Counted from the stretch's first letter, positions 1 through 9,141 are shown. The stretch is DNA of 32,000 nt from Candidatus Iainarchaeum sp. (GCA_037441475.1 JBBISB010000001.1:396418-428417); one strand, 5' to 3'. Notes: generated by a model not told the origin, from the letters alone. Translations and numbers: made by a program.

Positions 1-455
1 ACTGCATCAGCTGAACAAGAACTTGAAACAACCTTTACATCATATCTTCCAGAAGCTGTACCTGGGAAGTTAGCATCATCAATAACAAACATTGCTGTTT
101 GACCTGGAGCTATACCTGATCCCCATACTGTTTCTGTTTGAGATCTTTTTAAATTTAATGTAGAGTTACCGTCAGTTACATTTACGATATTTAAGATAAA
201 GTCATCAGCAGCAGGGAAATTAACTGTACCTATGTTTTGAACGTAAAATATCATTTTATCATTTGCGTTTATCATACAACCAGAAGTTTGGATAGCAGCA
301 CCCATACAACTTGTATCAACTACACCAGTTGCATCAGAAAGACTATCTATTGTAAACGATTTACCCCATGCAACAACTATTGCAATTAATGCAACAGCAA
401 CAACTATTAAAAGGATTGTTGCAATTAATGGAGATATTGCTTTTTTCATATTCAT
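1..455 (-). CDS. Type IV pilin / archaellin-like protein with class III signal peptide (partial, runs off window start)
   Basis: Reverse-strand frame from ATG at 455 stays open to position 1 (absent from the ORF track because it is truncated). N-terminus MNMKKAISPLIATI + hydrophobic stretch matches the archaeal pilin KKA|ISPLIA processing motif. SD-like AGGTGAT lies upstream. Confidence 0.85.
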   Translation of the reverse strand, partial: MNMKKAISPLIATILLIVVAVALIAIVVAWGKSFTIDSLSDATGVVDTSCMGAAIQTSGCMINANDKMIFYVQNIGTVNFPAADDFILNIVNVTDGNSTLNLKRSQTETVWGSGIAPGQTAMFVIDDANFPGTASGRYDVKVVSSSCSADA

Positions 456-488
456 TTTATATCACCTTATATTTTTAATTTTTTTAAT

Positions 489-950
489 TTAACTACATCT
501 AGAGATATATGACACTCTATCAGGACAATTTTTCACATGTATCTGCACTCTCTTTAATGGTGTTTGAAGTCCTTTGATTCCATCAACATCGTTTATAAAA
601 GAACCTAAAGACATAGCATTACCAGTAAATGAAGGAGTAATTTCAGTACTTGCAATATTATTTGCATTATCAATAATGGTTAAAACAATATTTTGATCAA
701 TCTTAATGGTAGATCTGTCAAATATTATTAAACTACCAAAACCATTTAATGAAGTGTAAGAACACCCTGAATCAATATATATGTTAACATTACTACAATC
801 TATCCACTCTGAAGAAGTATCTGAAACACTGGTAGTGGTATCTCTAAAATTTTGAGAAGACCATGAATAAAGAATACCTGCTAAAGATAAAGCTACAGCA
901 ACTAAAAGAATTGTTGCAATTAATGGAGATAATGCTTTTTTTTTATTCAT
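489..950 (-). CDS. Type IV pilin-like protein with class III signal peptide
   Basis: N-terminus MNKKKALSPLIATILLVAVALSLAGILYSWSS; same signal architecture as the adjacent ORF; two or more Cys in the C-terminal part. Confidence 0.85.
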   Translation of the reverse strand: MNKKKALSPLIATILLVAVALSLAGILYSWSSQNFRDTTTSVSDTSSEWIDCSNVNIYIDSGCSYTSLNGFGSLIIFDRSTIKIDQNIVLTIIDNANNIASTEITPSFTGNAMSLGSFINDVDGIKGLQTPLKRVQIHVKNCPDRVSYISRCS

Positions 951-962
951 AACGTTTCTTTT

Positions 963-978
963 TAATATATATTAAATG
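963..978 (-). promoter_or_regulatory. Probable TATA-like promoter element upstream of the pilin gene
   Basis: Perfect 16-nt palindrome TTTAATATATATTAAA 13-28 nt upstream of the ATG at 950. Confidence 0.4.
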
Positions 979-1059
979 GATTCTTAAATTAATAATAATA
1001 TATACTATAACATATATAAACCTATCTTCTTTGGTTACCTTAAGGATTTTGTTTATAGG

Positions 1060-1926
1060 TTACAAGAAAATTGCAGAAACTATTACATATAATGGAACTG
1101 CAACCCCTACAAGTATTATGGAGTGCCTTATACCTGCTATAAAATTATTTTCAGAGATTAAACCAATGGTTGGACCTGCAAATAAACCTTGAATTACTAT
1201 TAAATATAAAAAATATTTATTAAAATTTACATTATCCATTGATGCTGCATTTGATGTACTTTCTCCTGTTAAAGAAACTGTACTGTTACTTAACATAGGA
1301 AGGAAAACAATCTGGATTATTAAAATAATTGCAATAAAGACAAAAAACATAAAGTAACTTGAAAAAACTGTAGAGAAGGTTTTAGATTTTCTTTCCTCTA
1401 CCATGTCATTAATAGTCTTTACATAATCGGAGATTGAAGAAAATATTTTGATAATGTTTCCACCAACCTTTGTTGTTTCAGAGATAATCTGTGTTACTTG
1501 CTTAAAAACTTGACTATCAATATTACCAAAAACTTCATTTAAAGCAACATCAAAAGAAACACCAATCTTAATTTGTGCTGCAATTCTTTTTATTGGCTCA
1601 TTTAAATGACCATAATCATGCCTTGAAGCAACCTCAATTGCAGTAACAATATTCATACCACCTTGAAGAAGATCTTTTAAGTCATCTAAGAAAATATAAA
1701 GATTTCTTTCATATGACTTTATTCTTGCAGTGTATATCTGTGCTGCAATACCTATTGATGCTAAGATTGGAAAGATGGCAAACACTAAAAACTTTGTATT
1801 AAATAAAAGAACAAAAAAAATAATAGAGCCTACTAAACCATAAATAATATAGTCTACGAAAAACTTTTGTTTTTCAGATAAATTAATACCAAATTCTTTA
1901 AAAAAATCCATAATTACATCAACCAC
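1060..1926 (-). CDS. Type II secretion system F (TadB/TadC/ArlJ-like) membrane protein, single T2SF domain
   Basis: 288 aa; cytosolic helical segment (GGNIIKIFSSISDYVKTINDMVEERKSK) between TM segments; next to pilin genes and a second T2SF-like protein. Confidence 0.75.
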   Translation of the reverse strand: MVDVIMDFFKEFGINLSEKQKFFVDYIIYGLVGSIIFFVLLFNTKFLVFAIFPILASIGIAAQIYTARIKSYERNLYIFLDDLKDLLQGGMNIVTAIEVASRHDYGHLNEPIKRIAAQIKIGVSFDVALNEVFGNIDSQVFKQVTQIISETTKVGGNIIKIFSSISDYVKTINDMVEERKSKTFSTVFSSYFMFFVFIAIILIIQIVFLPMLSNSTVSLTGESTSNAASMDNVNFNKYFLYLIVIQGLFAGPTIGLISENNFIAGIRHSIILVGVAVPLYVIVSAIFL

Positions 1927-2794
1927 TCACTAAGTTAAGCACAGCTATAAAAGAAATATTTACTATTGGAACTAATAAAAATACACCAATCTGGAGAACA
2001 CTAGAAATACTTAAACCAGCTATTCCTCCACCAACCATACCTAAAAGCATAATACCAGAAAATAAAAATAATGGACCGGCAACAACAATTGCAGAGTAGA
2101 TGTCACCAAAAGTTTCTGCTTTTTGGTTTTGGTTATTTAAAAGTAAATTATATTGAAATCTAGCGTGCTCTGCTTTTTTTTTCATAAACTCAGGTAAAGA
2201 TCCACCTGCTTCAATATTTGATTTTAGATCAAGCAAGAATTTTTTTAACTCGTAGGAAGGAGTTTTTCTTGCAGTAATGTCAATTGCCTCTAAAAGAGAG
2301 ATACCTAAGTGGTTTACATAATAAATAATTTTTGAAAACTCCTTATCAAGGTATTGACTTTTATCCTTTATTGTCTTTGTAGAAAAAATTGCAACTGGAG
2401 GTGTACCTGATTCAGCTACACTTGACATACCAATGATTGCTAAAGGAAGAGCGTTCTTTATGCTTGAAACCTTTGTCCCTATTATTAAGTATGGGTTTAC
2501 CATGGCATATGCAATATAACAAATAAACAAAGAAAGTGAAGCAATAATAACTAACTTAATTGAAATTATATCTGGCACTATATTGCTTGCAACAGTTCCC
2601 AAAATAAGAACCATAAACAAAATGAATATTGAAAAGAAAATGTTTTTTGCAAAGTAAACATCTATGTCTGTAGCAATGTCTGCTTGACTTAAAGCCTCTT
2701 CAAAATCATCTGAGTGAATGTCTTTTGTTAAAGGCAAAAAGATCCTGTACAGTTGTTCTTCAAAACTTAACTTTTCTTTTTTCTTTGCGGCCAT
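1919..2794 (-). CDS. Type II secretion system F (TadC/ArlJ-like) membrane protein, single T2SF domain
   Basis: 291 aa; YYVNHLGISLLEAIDITARKTPSYELKKFLLDLKSNIEAGGSLPEFMKKKAE resembles the T2SSF helical domain; multiple TM segments; 8-nt overlap with the downstream gene. Confidence 0.75.
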   Translation of the reverse strand: MAAKKKEKLSFEEQLYRIFLPLTKDIHSDDFEEALSQADIATDIDVYFAKNIFFSIFILFMVLILGTVASNIVPDIISIKLVIIASLSLFICYIAYAMVNPYLIIGTKVSSIKNALPLAIIGMSSVAESGTPPVAIFSTKTIKDKSQYLDKEFSKIIYYVNHLGISLLEAIDITARKTPSYELKKFLLDLKSNIEAGGSLPEFMKKKAEHARFQYNLLLNNQNQKAETFGDIYSAIVVAGPLFLFSGIMLLGMVGGGIAGLSISSVLQIGVFLLVPIVNISFIAVLNLVSG

Positions 2795-2866
2795 ATATAA
2801 ATATATCTATATTTTTAATTATTTATAAGACCATTTTATTTTTATATGTTTCTGTTTAAGAAAAAA

Positions 2867-3973
2867 CTACATATTAAACTCAACAACATCTCTGTTCTTT
2901 AAAACATAGTTTCTAGAAACTGTTTGGCCAGGGTATTTTGTAGAACCCCAAACTTTTGCTGATTTAAGATTTTTAGAAATTGTCTTATGTATTAATTTTG
3001 CTGCATCAAAAACAGTGTTACCTTTATCTAAAACTAAAGGCTCTCTTTTATCAACCTTCTGACCTGGTTTTTTAGTATAAACAATCACCTTATCTAAGAT
3101 CTCATATATCTTTTCTGTAACCTCTTGCTTGAAAGTAAAATCATATACCGGTAAGGTCTTATAGATTTTAACAGAAGGAAGGTTTTTTGAAAAAGGCATT
3201 GAAACAACCATTGCTGAAAGAAAGGTTGCTCTTGGGTTTATTAAAAGCATTAAATCTTCTAAAGTTGTTTTCTGATTTAAGATAATGTTATGAGACCTGA
3301 AACCAGAGGACTTTAAGATATCAATTGCTTGCTCTTTTGAAACTTCTAAAAAATGATCGTTTACAAAAGAAACACCTGCAAACTCACTTCTTGAAATTTG
3401 TATGTTAGGTCTTTTTTTAGTTATGAAAACATCTTGCTCTTCTAAAATTTCAATCAAGCTATTAAGCTCCTCAACAGAACCATCCCTTATCATTAAAATT
3501 AAAGCATCACATACCCTTACCATAGAGTATATTTGAGGAGTAAGCTCATGATTTTTTAAAAAAGCAGGAAGCTCTATTAACTGTATTAAAGCTCCACCAT
3601 AGTTAAGGATACCAACCTCTGGTTTAGTGGTGGTGTAAGGGTAAGGGGCAATAACAGGTTTTGAGTTTGTGTACTCTGTTAAAAAAGTGCTTTTTCCAGA
3701 GTTTGCAAAACCAAAAAGTAAAATCTGGCCTGCTCCTTCCTTCTTAATGTTTATTGTGCTACCTGTTCTTTTTCCAGCAGCCGCTTGTTTTTCAAGCTTG
3801 GATTTTAGGGAAGCTAGTTTTCTTGAAAGATCCTTTCTTAAGTTCTCTCCTCCTTTGTGTGCAGGAGCACGAGAGATCATTTCTTGCAGAGCAATTATCT
3901 TTTCTTCATCATTCCTTGCTTCGTCATACTTTTTCTGAGCGATAGCATATTCAAAGGATACGTTTGCTGGCAT
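2867..3973 (-). CDS. DRG/Obg-related GTPase-like protein with C-terminal TGS domain; G3/G4 motifs degenerate
   Basis: P-loop GFANSGKST, YPYTTTKPEVGIL (G2-like), C-terminal TGS (ATPKPGQKVDKREPLVL-like segment ...KKPGQKVDKREPLVLDKGNTVFDAAKLIHK...RNYVLKNRDVVEF). Confidence 0.85.
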   Translation of the reverse strand: MPANVSFEYAIAQKKYDEARNDEEKIIALQEMISRAPAHKGGENLRKDLSRKLASLKSKLEKQAAAGKRTGSTINIKKEGAGQILLFGFANSGKSTFLTEYTNSKPVIAPYPYTTTKPEVGILNYGGALIQLIELPAFLKNHELTPQIYSMVRVCDALILMIRDGSVEELNSLIEILEEQDVFITKKRPNIQISRSEFAGVSFVNDHFLEVSKEQAIDILKSSGFRSHNIILNQKTTLEDLMLLINPRATFLSAMVVSMPFSKNLPSVKIYKTLPVYDFTFKQEVTEKIYEILDKVIVYTKKPGQKVDKREPLVLDKGNTVFDAAKLIHKTISKNLKSAKVWGSTKYPGQTVSRNYVLKNRDVVEFNM

Positions 3974-4563
3974 TATAAATCACTTATTTTAATAACTATT
4001 AATTTTTCAAAAAAAATATTCTTTTCAGATAAAACAGTAAAGTAAAGATTTTCTTTTAAGATTAATGAATATATCTTCTCAAGATTGTTGTATGAGGATA
4101 ATAAAAGGTATGCAGAACCATTTTTATTTAAATGCTTTTTTAAAGATTTTAAAAAATTAATGATAACCTCACTTCCATCTTTTCCACCATCTGTTGAAAA
4201 AACCTCAATTTCCTCTGAAGGAACGTATGGGGGGTTAAAGACAATTACATCATAGGCTTGGTTTTCAATTTCTGAAAAGAGATTAGATTGTTTAATCTCT
4301 AGTTTTCCTAAAGCATATTTTTCTTTAACTTCTAAAAGATAGTTTACAACCTTTAAATCAATATCAACTGCTGTTAGTTGTTCAAAGAAATCATAAGCTT
4401 CAAAGGTTATTAATCCTGTTCCTGGCCCTATCTCTAAGAAACTCTTTTTATCTTTCTTAAACTCTTTTCTTAAAGTCTCTATTAAAAGATAAGTATCATC
4501 TGAAGGAAGGTATACTTCAGGTGGAACCTTAAGATGATAATCTTTATAATTAATTTGAATCAT
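3973..4563 (-). CDS. Class I SAM-dependent N5-glutamine methyltransferase, HemK2/Mtq2-like
   Basis: YLPSDDTYLL...LEIGPGTGLI...VFNPPYVP motif typical of archaeal/eukaryotic release-factor methyltransferases. Confidence 0.88.
   Translation of the reverse strand: MIQINYKDYHLKVPPEVYLPSDDTYLLIETLRKEFKKDKKSFLEIGPGTGLITFEAYDFFEQLTAVDIDLKVVNYLLEVKEKYALGKLEIKQSNLFSEIENQAYDVIVFNPPYVPSEEIEVFSTDGGKDGSEVIINFLKSLKKHLNKNGSAYLLLSSYNNLEKIYSLILKENLYFTVLSEKNIFFEKLIVIKISDL
4543..4550 (+). promoter_or_regulatory. Candidate TATA box for the TatD gene
   Basis: TTTATAAT 25-32 nt upstream of the ATG at 4575, inside the methyltransferase coding sequence; consistent with leaderless transcription. Confidence 0.4.
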
Positions 4564-4574
4564 ATATATGATAT

Positions 4575-5333
4575 ATGGAGATAAAAGAATATAAGCATTA
4601 TCTTGACATGCACTGTCATTATGATCACATACCTATACCTGAAATTAAAGAGGTTTTTAAAAAAAAAGAGATTATAGCTGTTGCTCAATCAACCTCAATT
4701 GAAGATTATAGAAGATATTTAGAGATTAAAAAAGAAAAAATACCTAACCTTTATTTTGGATATGGACTTTATCCTGATAATGTCTTAAAAAAGAACTGGA
4801 AAGAGATTGAAAAAGATCTTGATGAAATTGATTTTAAAGAAGCACTGGTTATTGGAGAAATTGGGCTTGATAAGAAAATAACTGAAGATCCTTTTAAGTT
4901 TAAGTTGCAAGAAAAACTTTTTGAAAAACAACTTGAAATTGCAAAAGAAATTAAGAAACCAGTTGTGGTGCATACAAGGGAGGCTACCAAAGAAACTTTA
5001 GATTTTTTAAAATCATGGCCAGATGTCCAAATAATATTACATTGGTTTACAGGAAGTCCTGAAGAAATAAATGAAGCGCTCTCAAGAGGATATTTCCTAA
5101 CAAACAGGTTTGCAAGACCTAAAGTAGAAACCATAAAAAACTATTTAGACCAGATATTTATAGAAACAGATATCCCTATTTGGCAAAATGGAAAAGAAAC
5201 AACTATTGAGAGCATAAAGGAATCATATGAGGTTTTTTCTAAGAAAAATAACATTCCTTTAGAAGATTTAAAAGAAAAGATGATTAACAACTTTTTAAAA
5301 CTGTTTCCTACTATAATAGATATAGAAAAATAA
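4575..5333 (+). CDS. TatD family metal-dependent hydrolase
   Basis: DMHCHYDHI (HxH), GEIGLDKK, VVHTREA, LHWFTG motifs. Confidence 0.88.
   Translation: MEIKEYKHYLDMHCHYDHIPIPEIKEVFKKKEIIAVAQSTSIEDYRRYLEIKKEKIPNLYFGYGLYPDNVLKKNWKEIEKDLDEIDFKEALVIGEIGLDKKITEDPFKFKLQEKLFEKQLEIAKEIKKPVVVHTREATKETLDFLKSWPDVQIILHWFTGSPEEINEALSRGYFLTNRFARPKVETIKNYLDQIFIETDIPIWQNGKETTIESIKESYEVFSKKNNIPLEDLKEKMINNFLKLFPTIIDIEK
4587..4595 (-). promoter_or_regulatory. Candidate TATA box for the HemK2-like gene
   Basis: CTTATATTC (reverse strand) 24-32 nt upstream of the ATG at 4563, inside the TatD coding sequence. Confidence 0.35.
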
Positions 5334-5349
5334 AAAGAAAGAAAAATAT

Positions 5350-6015
5350 ATGAGCGAAGAAAATAACTTTGAAAACATGGATATTCATGTAAAACCTAAA
5401 AAAGTATGTGAGACAAAAGACATAATCATAGCTTGGCTTGGAATATCCTTATGTTTTGCTTTAGTCCTTGGCGGGTATAATCTTTTTAGACTTAAAAACC
5501 TTGCAAACTTTTCAATAATAGATTTTTTAATATTATTATTTGTAAGCTTAATTGTTACAGGAACAGCTTTTATATTACATGAACTTGCACACAAGTACTC
5601 TGCTATCTATTATGGAGCAAAAGCTAAATTTGTTAAATGGAATATGCCACTTGTGTTTGCTATATTCTTTGCATTTTTAGTAGGTTTTGTTTTTGTAGCT
5701 CCAGGAGCAGTTTATGTTTTTGGAAAAAGACTTTCAACAAAAGAGAATGGTATTGTTTCAGTTGCAGGTCCAGTTACAAATATTCTTTTAGCAGGAGTTT
5801 TCTTTTTACTTTATGTTTTAATAAAAACAGAGAGCACTATTGTCTTAATGATATTTACCTTAGGAATATTAATTAATCTTTGGATTGCCTTCTTTAATCT
5901 TTTACCTATAGGTCCATTAGATGGAAAAGCAATCTTTGTATGGAATCCTTTTATCTGGGTTCTTTTAATGGTAATTTCCTTTGGAGGATATCTTTTATTT
6001 TCTGGAATAATTTAA
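5350..6015 (+). CDS. Site-2-protease-like M50 membrane metallopeptidase
   Basis: HELAH in a TM segment (ILHELAHKYSAIYYGAKAKF), AGPVTNILLAG and NLLPIGPLDGKAI motifs. Confidence 0.88.
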   Translation: MSEENNFENMDIHVKPKKVCETKDIIIAWLGISLCFALVLGGYNLFRLKNLANFSIIDFLILLFVSLIVTGTAFILHELAHKYSAIYYGAKAKFVKWNMPLVFAIFFAFLVGFVFVAPGAVYVFGKRLSTKENGIVSVAGPVTNILLAGVFFLLYVLIKTESTIVLMIFTLGILINLWIAFFNLLPIGPLDGKAIFVWNPFIWVLLMVISFGGYLLFSGII

Positions 6016-6059
6016 TAAAAAAGAAAAAGATTTATTTTTTAAAAAAAAGAAAAATAAAC

Positions 6060-8198
6060 CTAGTTAACATAATTTGAAATTCCAGAAAGAGGCTTACCAT
6101 CAGAGGAAACCTTACTTTTAATCTTTGCATAAACTTTTAAGATATGCTCTTTTGAAAGCTTAGTCTCCTTATACTTATTCTCTTTTAAAGCTAAAAACAC
6201 AGCCTCAGTTATCATAAGATTTAAATCTGCAGGAGAGAAGTTATTTGTAAGAGAAACAATCTCATCTATATCAATCTTCTCATTAGGTGTTTTTGATAAA
6301 AGAAGATTTAATATCTCTTTTCTTTCCTTTGTGATAGGAAGCTTAAACTCCATAAACTTATCTATTCTTCCACTTCTTAAAAAAGACTTATCTATAAGCT
6401 CTGGTCTATTGGTTGCACATATAAAAAGAACATCCTTTCCATTTAAGTTATCAAGCTCTGAAAGTAATTGATCTAAGACCTTTATATTTCCTATAGAATC
6501 ATCATGCCTTTGTGTTATTGAATCAATCTCGTCAAAGAAAAGAATTGATGGAGAAACTGCTTTTGCTTTTTTAAAAATATGTCTTATTGTTTTTTCTGAT
6601 TCTCCGACCAATTTGTTAAAGATTTCAGGTCCCTTAACATATAAGAAATTAATACCATGCTCCTTTGCTGTTGCTTTTACAAAAGAAGTTTTTCCTGTGC
6701 CTGGAGGGCCATAGATTAAAATATTTTTAATAGTCTTAACATTATATTTTGAAAGAAGATCTTTTTTGTTAAGAGAAAGATTAATAATCTCTGATAGTTC
6801 TTCCTTTTGTTCCTTTAAAGCCCCTAAGTCAGCATAACTTATCTGTGGGATGTCAACAAACACTTCTCTTAAGGCAGAAGGTTGAACCACTCTTAAACCA
6901 TTATCAAAATCATCTTTTGAAATAACTAAATTTTCTAAGATCTTTGCAGAAATCTCTTTCTTTGGTGAAGAAATATCATGTATCTTACTTTTAATAGCAA
7001 AAATAGCAGCTTCCTTTACTAAAGCAGAAAGATCAGCACCCACAAAACCATGTGTTACTTGTGCAAGTTTTTTTAAATTTACATCTTTTGAAAGAGGAAC
7101 GTTTCTTGTATGTATCTTTAAGATATCAAGTCTTCCCTCTTCATTAGGAACATTAATATCAATTTCTCTATCAAACCTTCCTGGTCTTCTTAAGGCAGGG
7201 TCAATATCATCTTGTCTGTTTGTAGCTCCAATAACAATTACATCTCCTCTTGATGAAGTTCCATCCATAAGTGCAAGAAGTTGAGCAACCACACGCTTTT
7301 CAACCTCTGAAACAAAACCATCTCTCTTTGGAGCAATTGCATCAATCTCGTCAATAAAGATTATTGCTGGGGTTTTACTTTGTGCTTTTTTAAAAATATT
7401 TCTTAATTTCTCTTCAGCTTCACCTACAAACTTAGCCATGATTTGTGGAGCATCTATGCTTATAAAGTTTGCTTTAAGTTCGTTTGATAAGGCTTTTGCT
7501 AAAAGGGTTTTTCCTGTTCCTGGTGGACCATAAAGAAGAATTCCTTTTGGAGGAGTAACATTTAATTTTTCAAAAAACTCAGGATACTTGAAAGGAAGTT
7601 CAACCATTTCTCTTATTTTTTCAATAGCTGGTTTTAAGCCACCAACATCTTCATAACCAATTATTTGACTTATTTCTTTTTTAGAAGAAACTTTTTTATT
7701 AATAATTAAGTTTGTTTCTTCAGATAACATGACAACTTTGTTTGGAGAGGTGCTTGTAACTTCATATAAGTAGTTTGAACCAAAGATGTTTATCATAACA
7801 TTGTTACCGCTTACAAAAGGTCTTCCTAAAAAGTTTTTCTTAATAACAAGATCTTGATTTTCAGATAAGAGGTTTACTTCTTTTAAAGGAGTTAAGATTA
7901 TTTCCTTTGCAACCACTGGTTCTATTCTTTCAATAGTTACAAAATCACCAATAGAGACGCCTGCATTTTTTCTTGTGTACTGATCCATCCTTATGATGTT
8001 TTCCTCTCCTGCTTTGTTCTTCTCAGGCCATACTTGTGCAGCTGTTATGTTTTCTCCCTTGATTAAAACTATGTCTCCAGAGATGATGTTTAGCTTTTGT
8101 TTTACAAAGACATCTAGCTTTACAATGTTTTTACCTACAAAGTCTTCTGAGGCTTCTTGTACCTTTAATTTAATTGAATCTTGTTTTTTTTCTACCAT
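6060..8198 (-). CDS. cdc48: CDC48/VCP/VAT-type AAA+ ATPase (N-D1-D2)
   Basis: N-domain-like start, then two AAA modules: GPPGTGKTLLAKA / IIFIDEIDAI and GPPGTGKTSFVKA / ILFFDEIDSI. Confidence 0.95.
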   Translation of the reverse strand: MVEKKQDSIKLKVQEASEDFVGKNIVKLDVFVKQKLNIISGDIVLIKGENITAAQVWPEKNKAGEENIIRMDQYTRKNAGVSIGDFVTIERIEPVVAKEIILTPLKEVNLLSENQDLVIKKNFLGRPFVSGNNVMINIFGSNYLYEVTSTSPNKVVMLSEETNLIINKKVSSKKEISQIIGYEDVGGLKPAIEKIREMVELPFKYPEFFEKLNVTPPKGILLYGPPGTGKTLLAKALSNELKANFISIDAPQIMAKFVGEAEEKLRNIFKKAQSKTPAIIFIDEIDAIAPKRDGFVSEVEKRVVAQLLALMDGTSSRGDVIVIGATNRQDDIDPALRRPGRFDREIDINVPNEEGRLDILKIHTRNVPLSKDVNLKKLAQVTHGFVGADLSALVKEAAIFAIKSKIHDISSPKKEISAKILENLVISKDDFDNGLRVVQPSALREVFVDIPQISYADLGALKEQKEELSEIINLSLNKKDLLSKYNVKTIKNILIYGPPGTGKTSFVKATAKEHGINFLYVKGPEIFNKLVGESEKTIRHIFKKAKAVSPSILFFDEIDSITQRHDDSIGNIKVLDQLLSELDNLNGKDVLFICATNRPELIDKSFLRSGRIDKFMEFKLPITKERKEILNLLLSKTPNEKIDIDEIVSLTNNFSPADLNLMITEAVFLALKENKYKETKLSKEHILKVYAKIKSKVSSDGKPLSGISNYVN

Positions 8199-8328
8199 GT
8201 TAAATCACAAAAATAGTTTTTAAAAATTATGAAAATTATAAATCATTATAGATATATATTATAGAACCAAATAGTATTTAAGAATGTTTACTTTATACTT
8301 TTTTATAATAAAAAAATTATTAAAAAGA

Positions 8329-9138
8329 TTATTTTAAAATCTCAAAACTACCAGGTGGAAGAGACGCATCAATCTCCTCTTGAGAGAGAACAACCTTTCT
8401 TTTAAGAAAGATACTTTTAATCTCTTTTGAAGTATCTGATTTTTTTACATCTCCAGGAACCAAGAAAATATCATCCTTACTTTTTATATTCTCACTTGAA
8501 AAAAGTACAGGAAAAGGATAAAGTCCTTTTTCCTTATCGTAAAGTAATTTAAGTTTTAAGTTTAGTTTTCTATAATAATCTCTTTTACCCCTTATAACAA
8601 AAGCACCAGCACCTAAAGACTCACCAGTATTTGCTGTTTTTGAAACTTGATCAGGGAGAACAGAATAAACCTCTGTTGAAAAAGCCTTATTTTTCCAAGC
8701 TGAAGAAAAAATTAAAGCAAAGCAAGCAGCTTCTTCTTTATCAATATCAGGAACTTCTTTTTTTAAATCGTTTTTTAAAACAACGTGAGGAGCCCCATGT
8801 ATCTCTGCATGGAAATAAAGATCATTTTCTTTTAAGTGTTTCTTAATTAAAAAATCATTGTTCTTAGTATCCTTTCCTCCAAGAACTAAAAAACCATTTG
8901 TTGTAAAAAAAAACCTAAACTTATGATACCATTCTTTCTTAATATCGACTTTCTTTGTAACAGAAACCTTTTCTTTAATTTTCTCTTGAATATTCTTTTC
9001 TTGTAAAGATATCTTTTTATTTGTAATCTCAATTGCCTTTATAGCCCCAGAAAGTTTTGACTTATATTTATTTCTTTCAAGATACTTTTCTTCTGCATTC
9101 CTTCCTGCACTTAAGGTATAATCAATTTCAAGCTTCAT
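8329..9138 (-). CDS. Solo NFACT-R domain protein (RqcH/NEMF middle and RNA-binding region, lacking NFACT-N)
   Basis: LSAGRNAEEKYLERNKYKSKLSGAIKAIE (RqcH coiled-coil start) then WYHKFRFFFTTNGFLVLGGKD...DLYFHAEIHGAPHVVLKN...PDQVSKTANTGESLGAGAFVIRGKR. Confidence 0.88.
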   Translation of the reverse strand: MKLEIDYTLSAGRNAEEKYLERNKYKSKLSGAIKAIEITNKKISLQEKNIQEKIKEKVSVTKKVDIKKEWYHKFRFFFTTNGFLVLGGKDTKNNDFLIKKHLKENDLYFHAEIHGAPHVVLKNDLKKEVPDIDKEEAACFALIFSSAWKNKAFSTEVYSVLPDQVSKTANTGESLGAGAFVIRGKRDYYRKLNLKLKLLYDKEKGLYPFPVLFSSENIKSKDDIFLVPGDVKKSDTSKEIKSIFLKRKVVLSQEEIDASLPPGSFEILK

Positions 9139-9141
9139 AAA

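Noticed and set aside
950-1060. AT-rich ATATAT-type palindromes found in many spacers as specific operator sites
   Set aside because: TATA-like palindromes recur at many promoters here and are expected in such AT-rich DNA; not individually distinctive.
3669-4045. ORFs on the + strand (3669..3938, 3754..3945, 3857..4045)
   Set aside because: Antisense to the well-supported GTPase-like gene, low-complexity translations without recognisable domains.
4769-5134. Antisense ORFs inside tatD
   Set aside because: Opposite strand of a clearly conserved gene; no domain signature.
5385-5876. ORFs overlapping the M50 protease gene in other frames
   Set aside because: Lie within a strongly recognised coding gene; translations look random.
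7993-8223. 76 aa + strand ORF at the cdc48 5' end
   Set aside because: Antisense to the conserved Cdc48 N-domain coding sequence.
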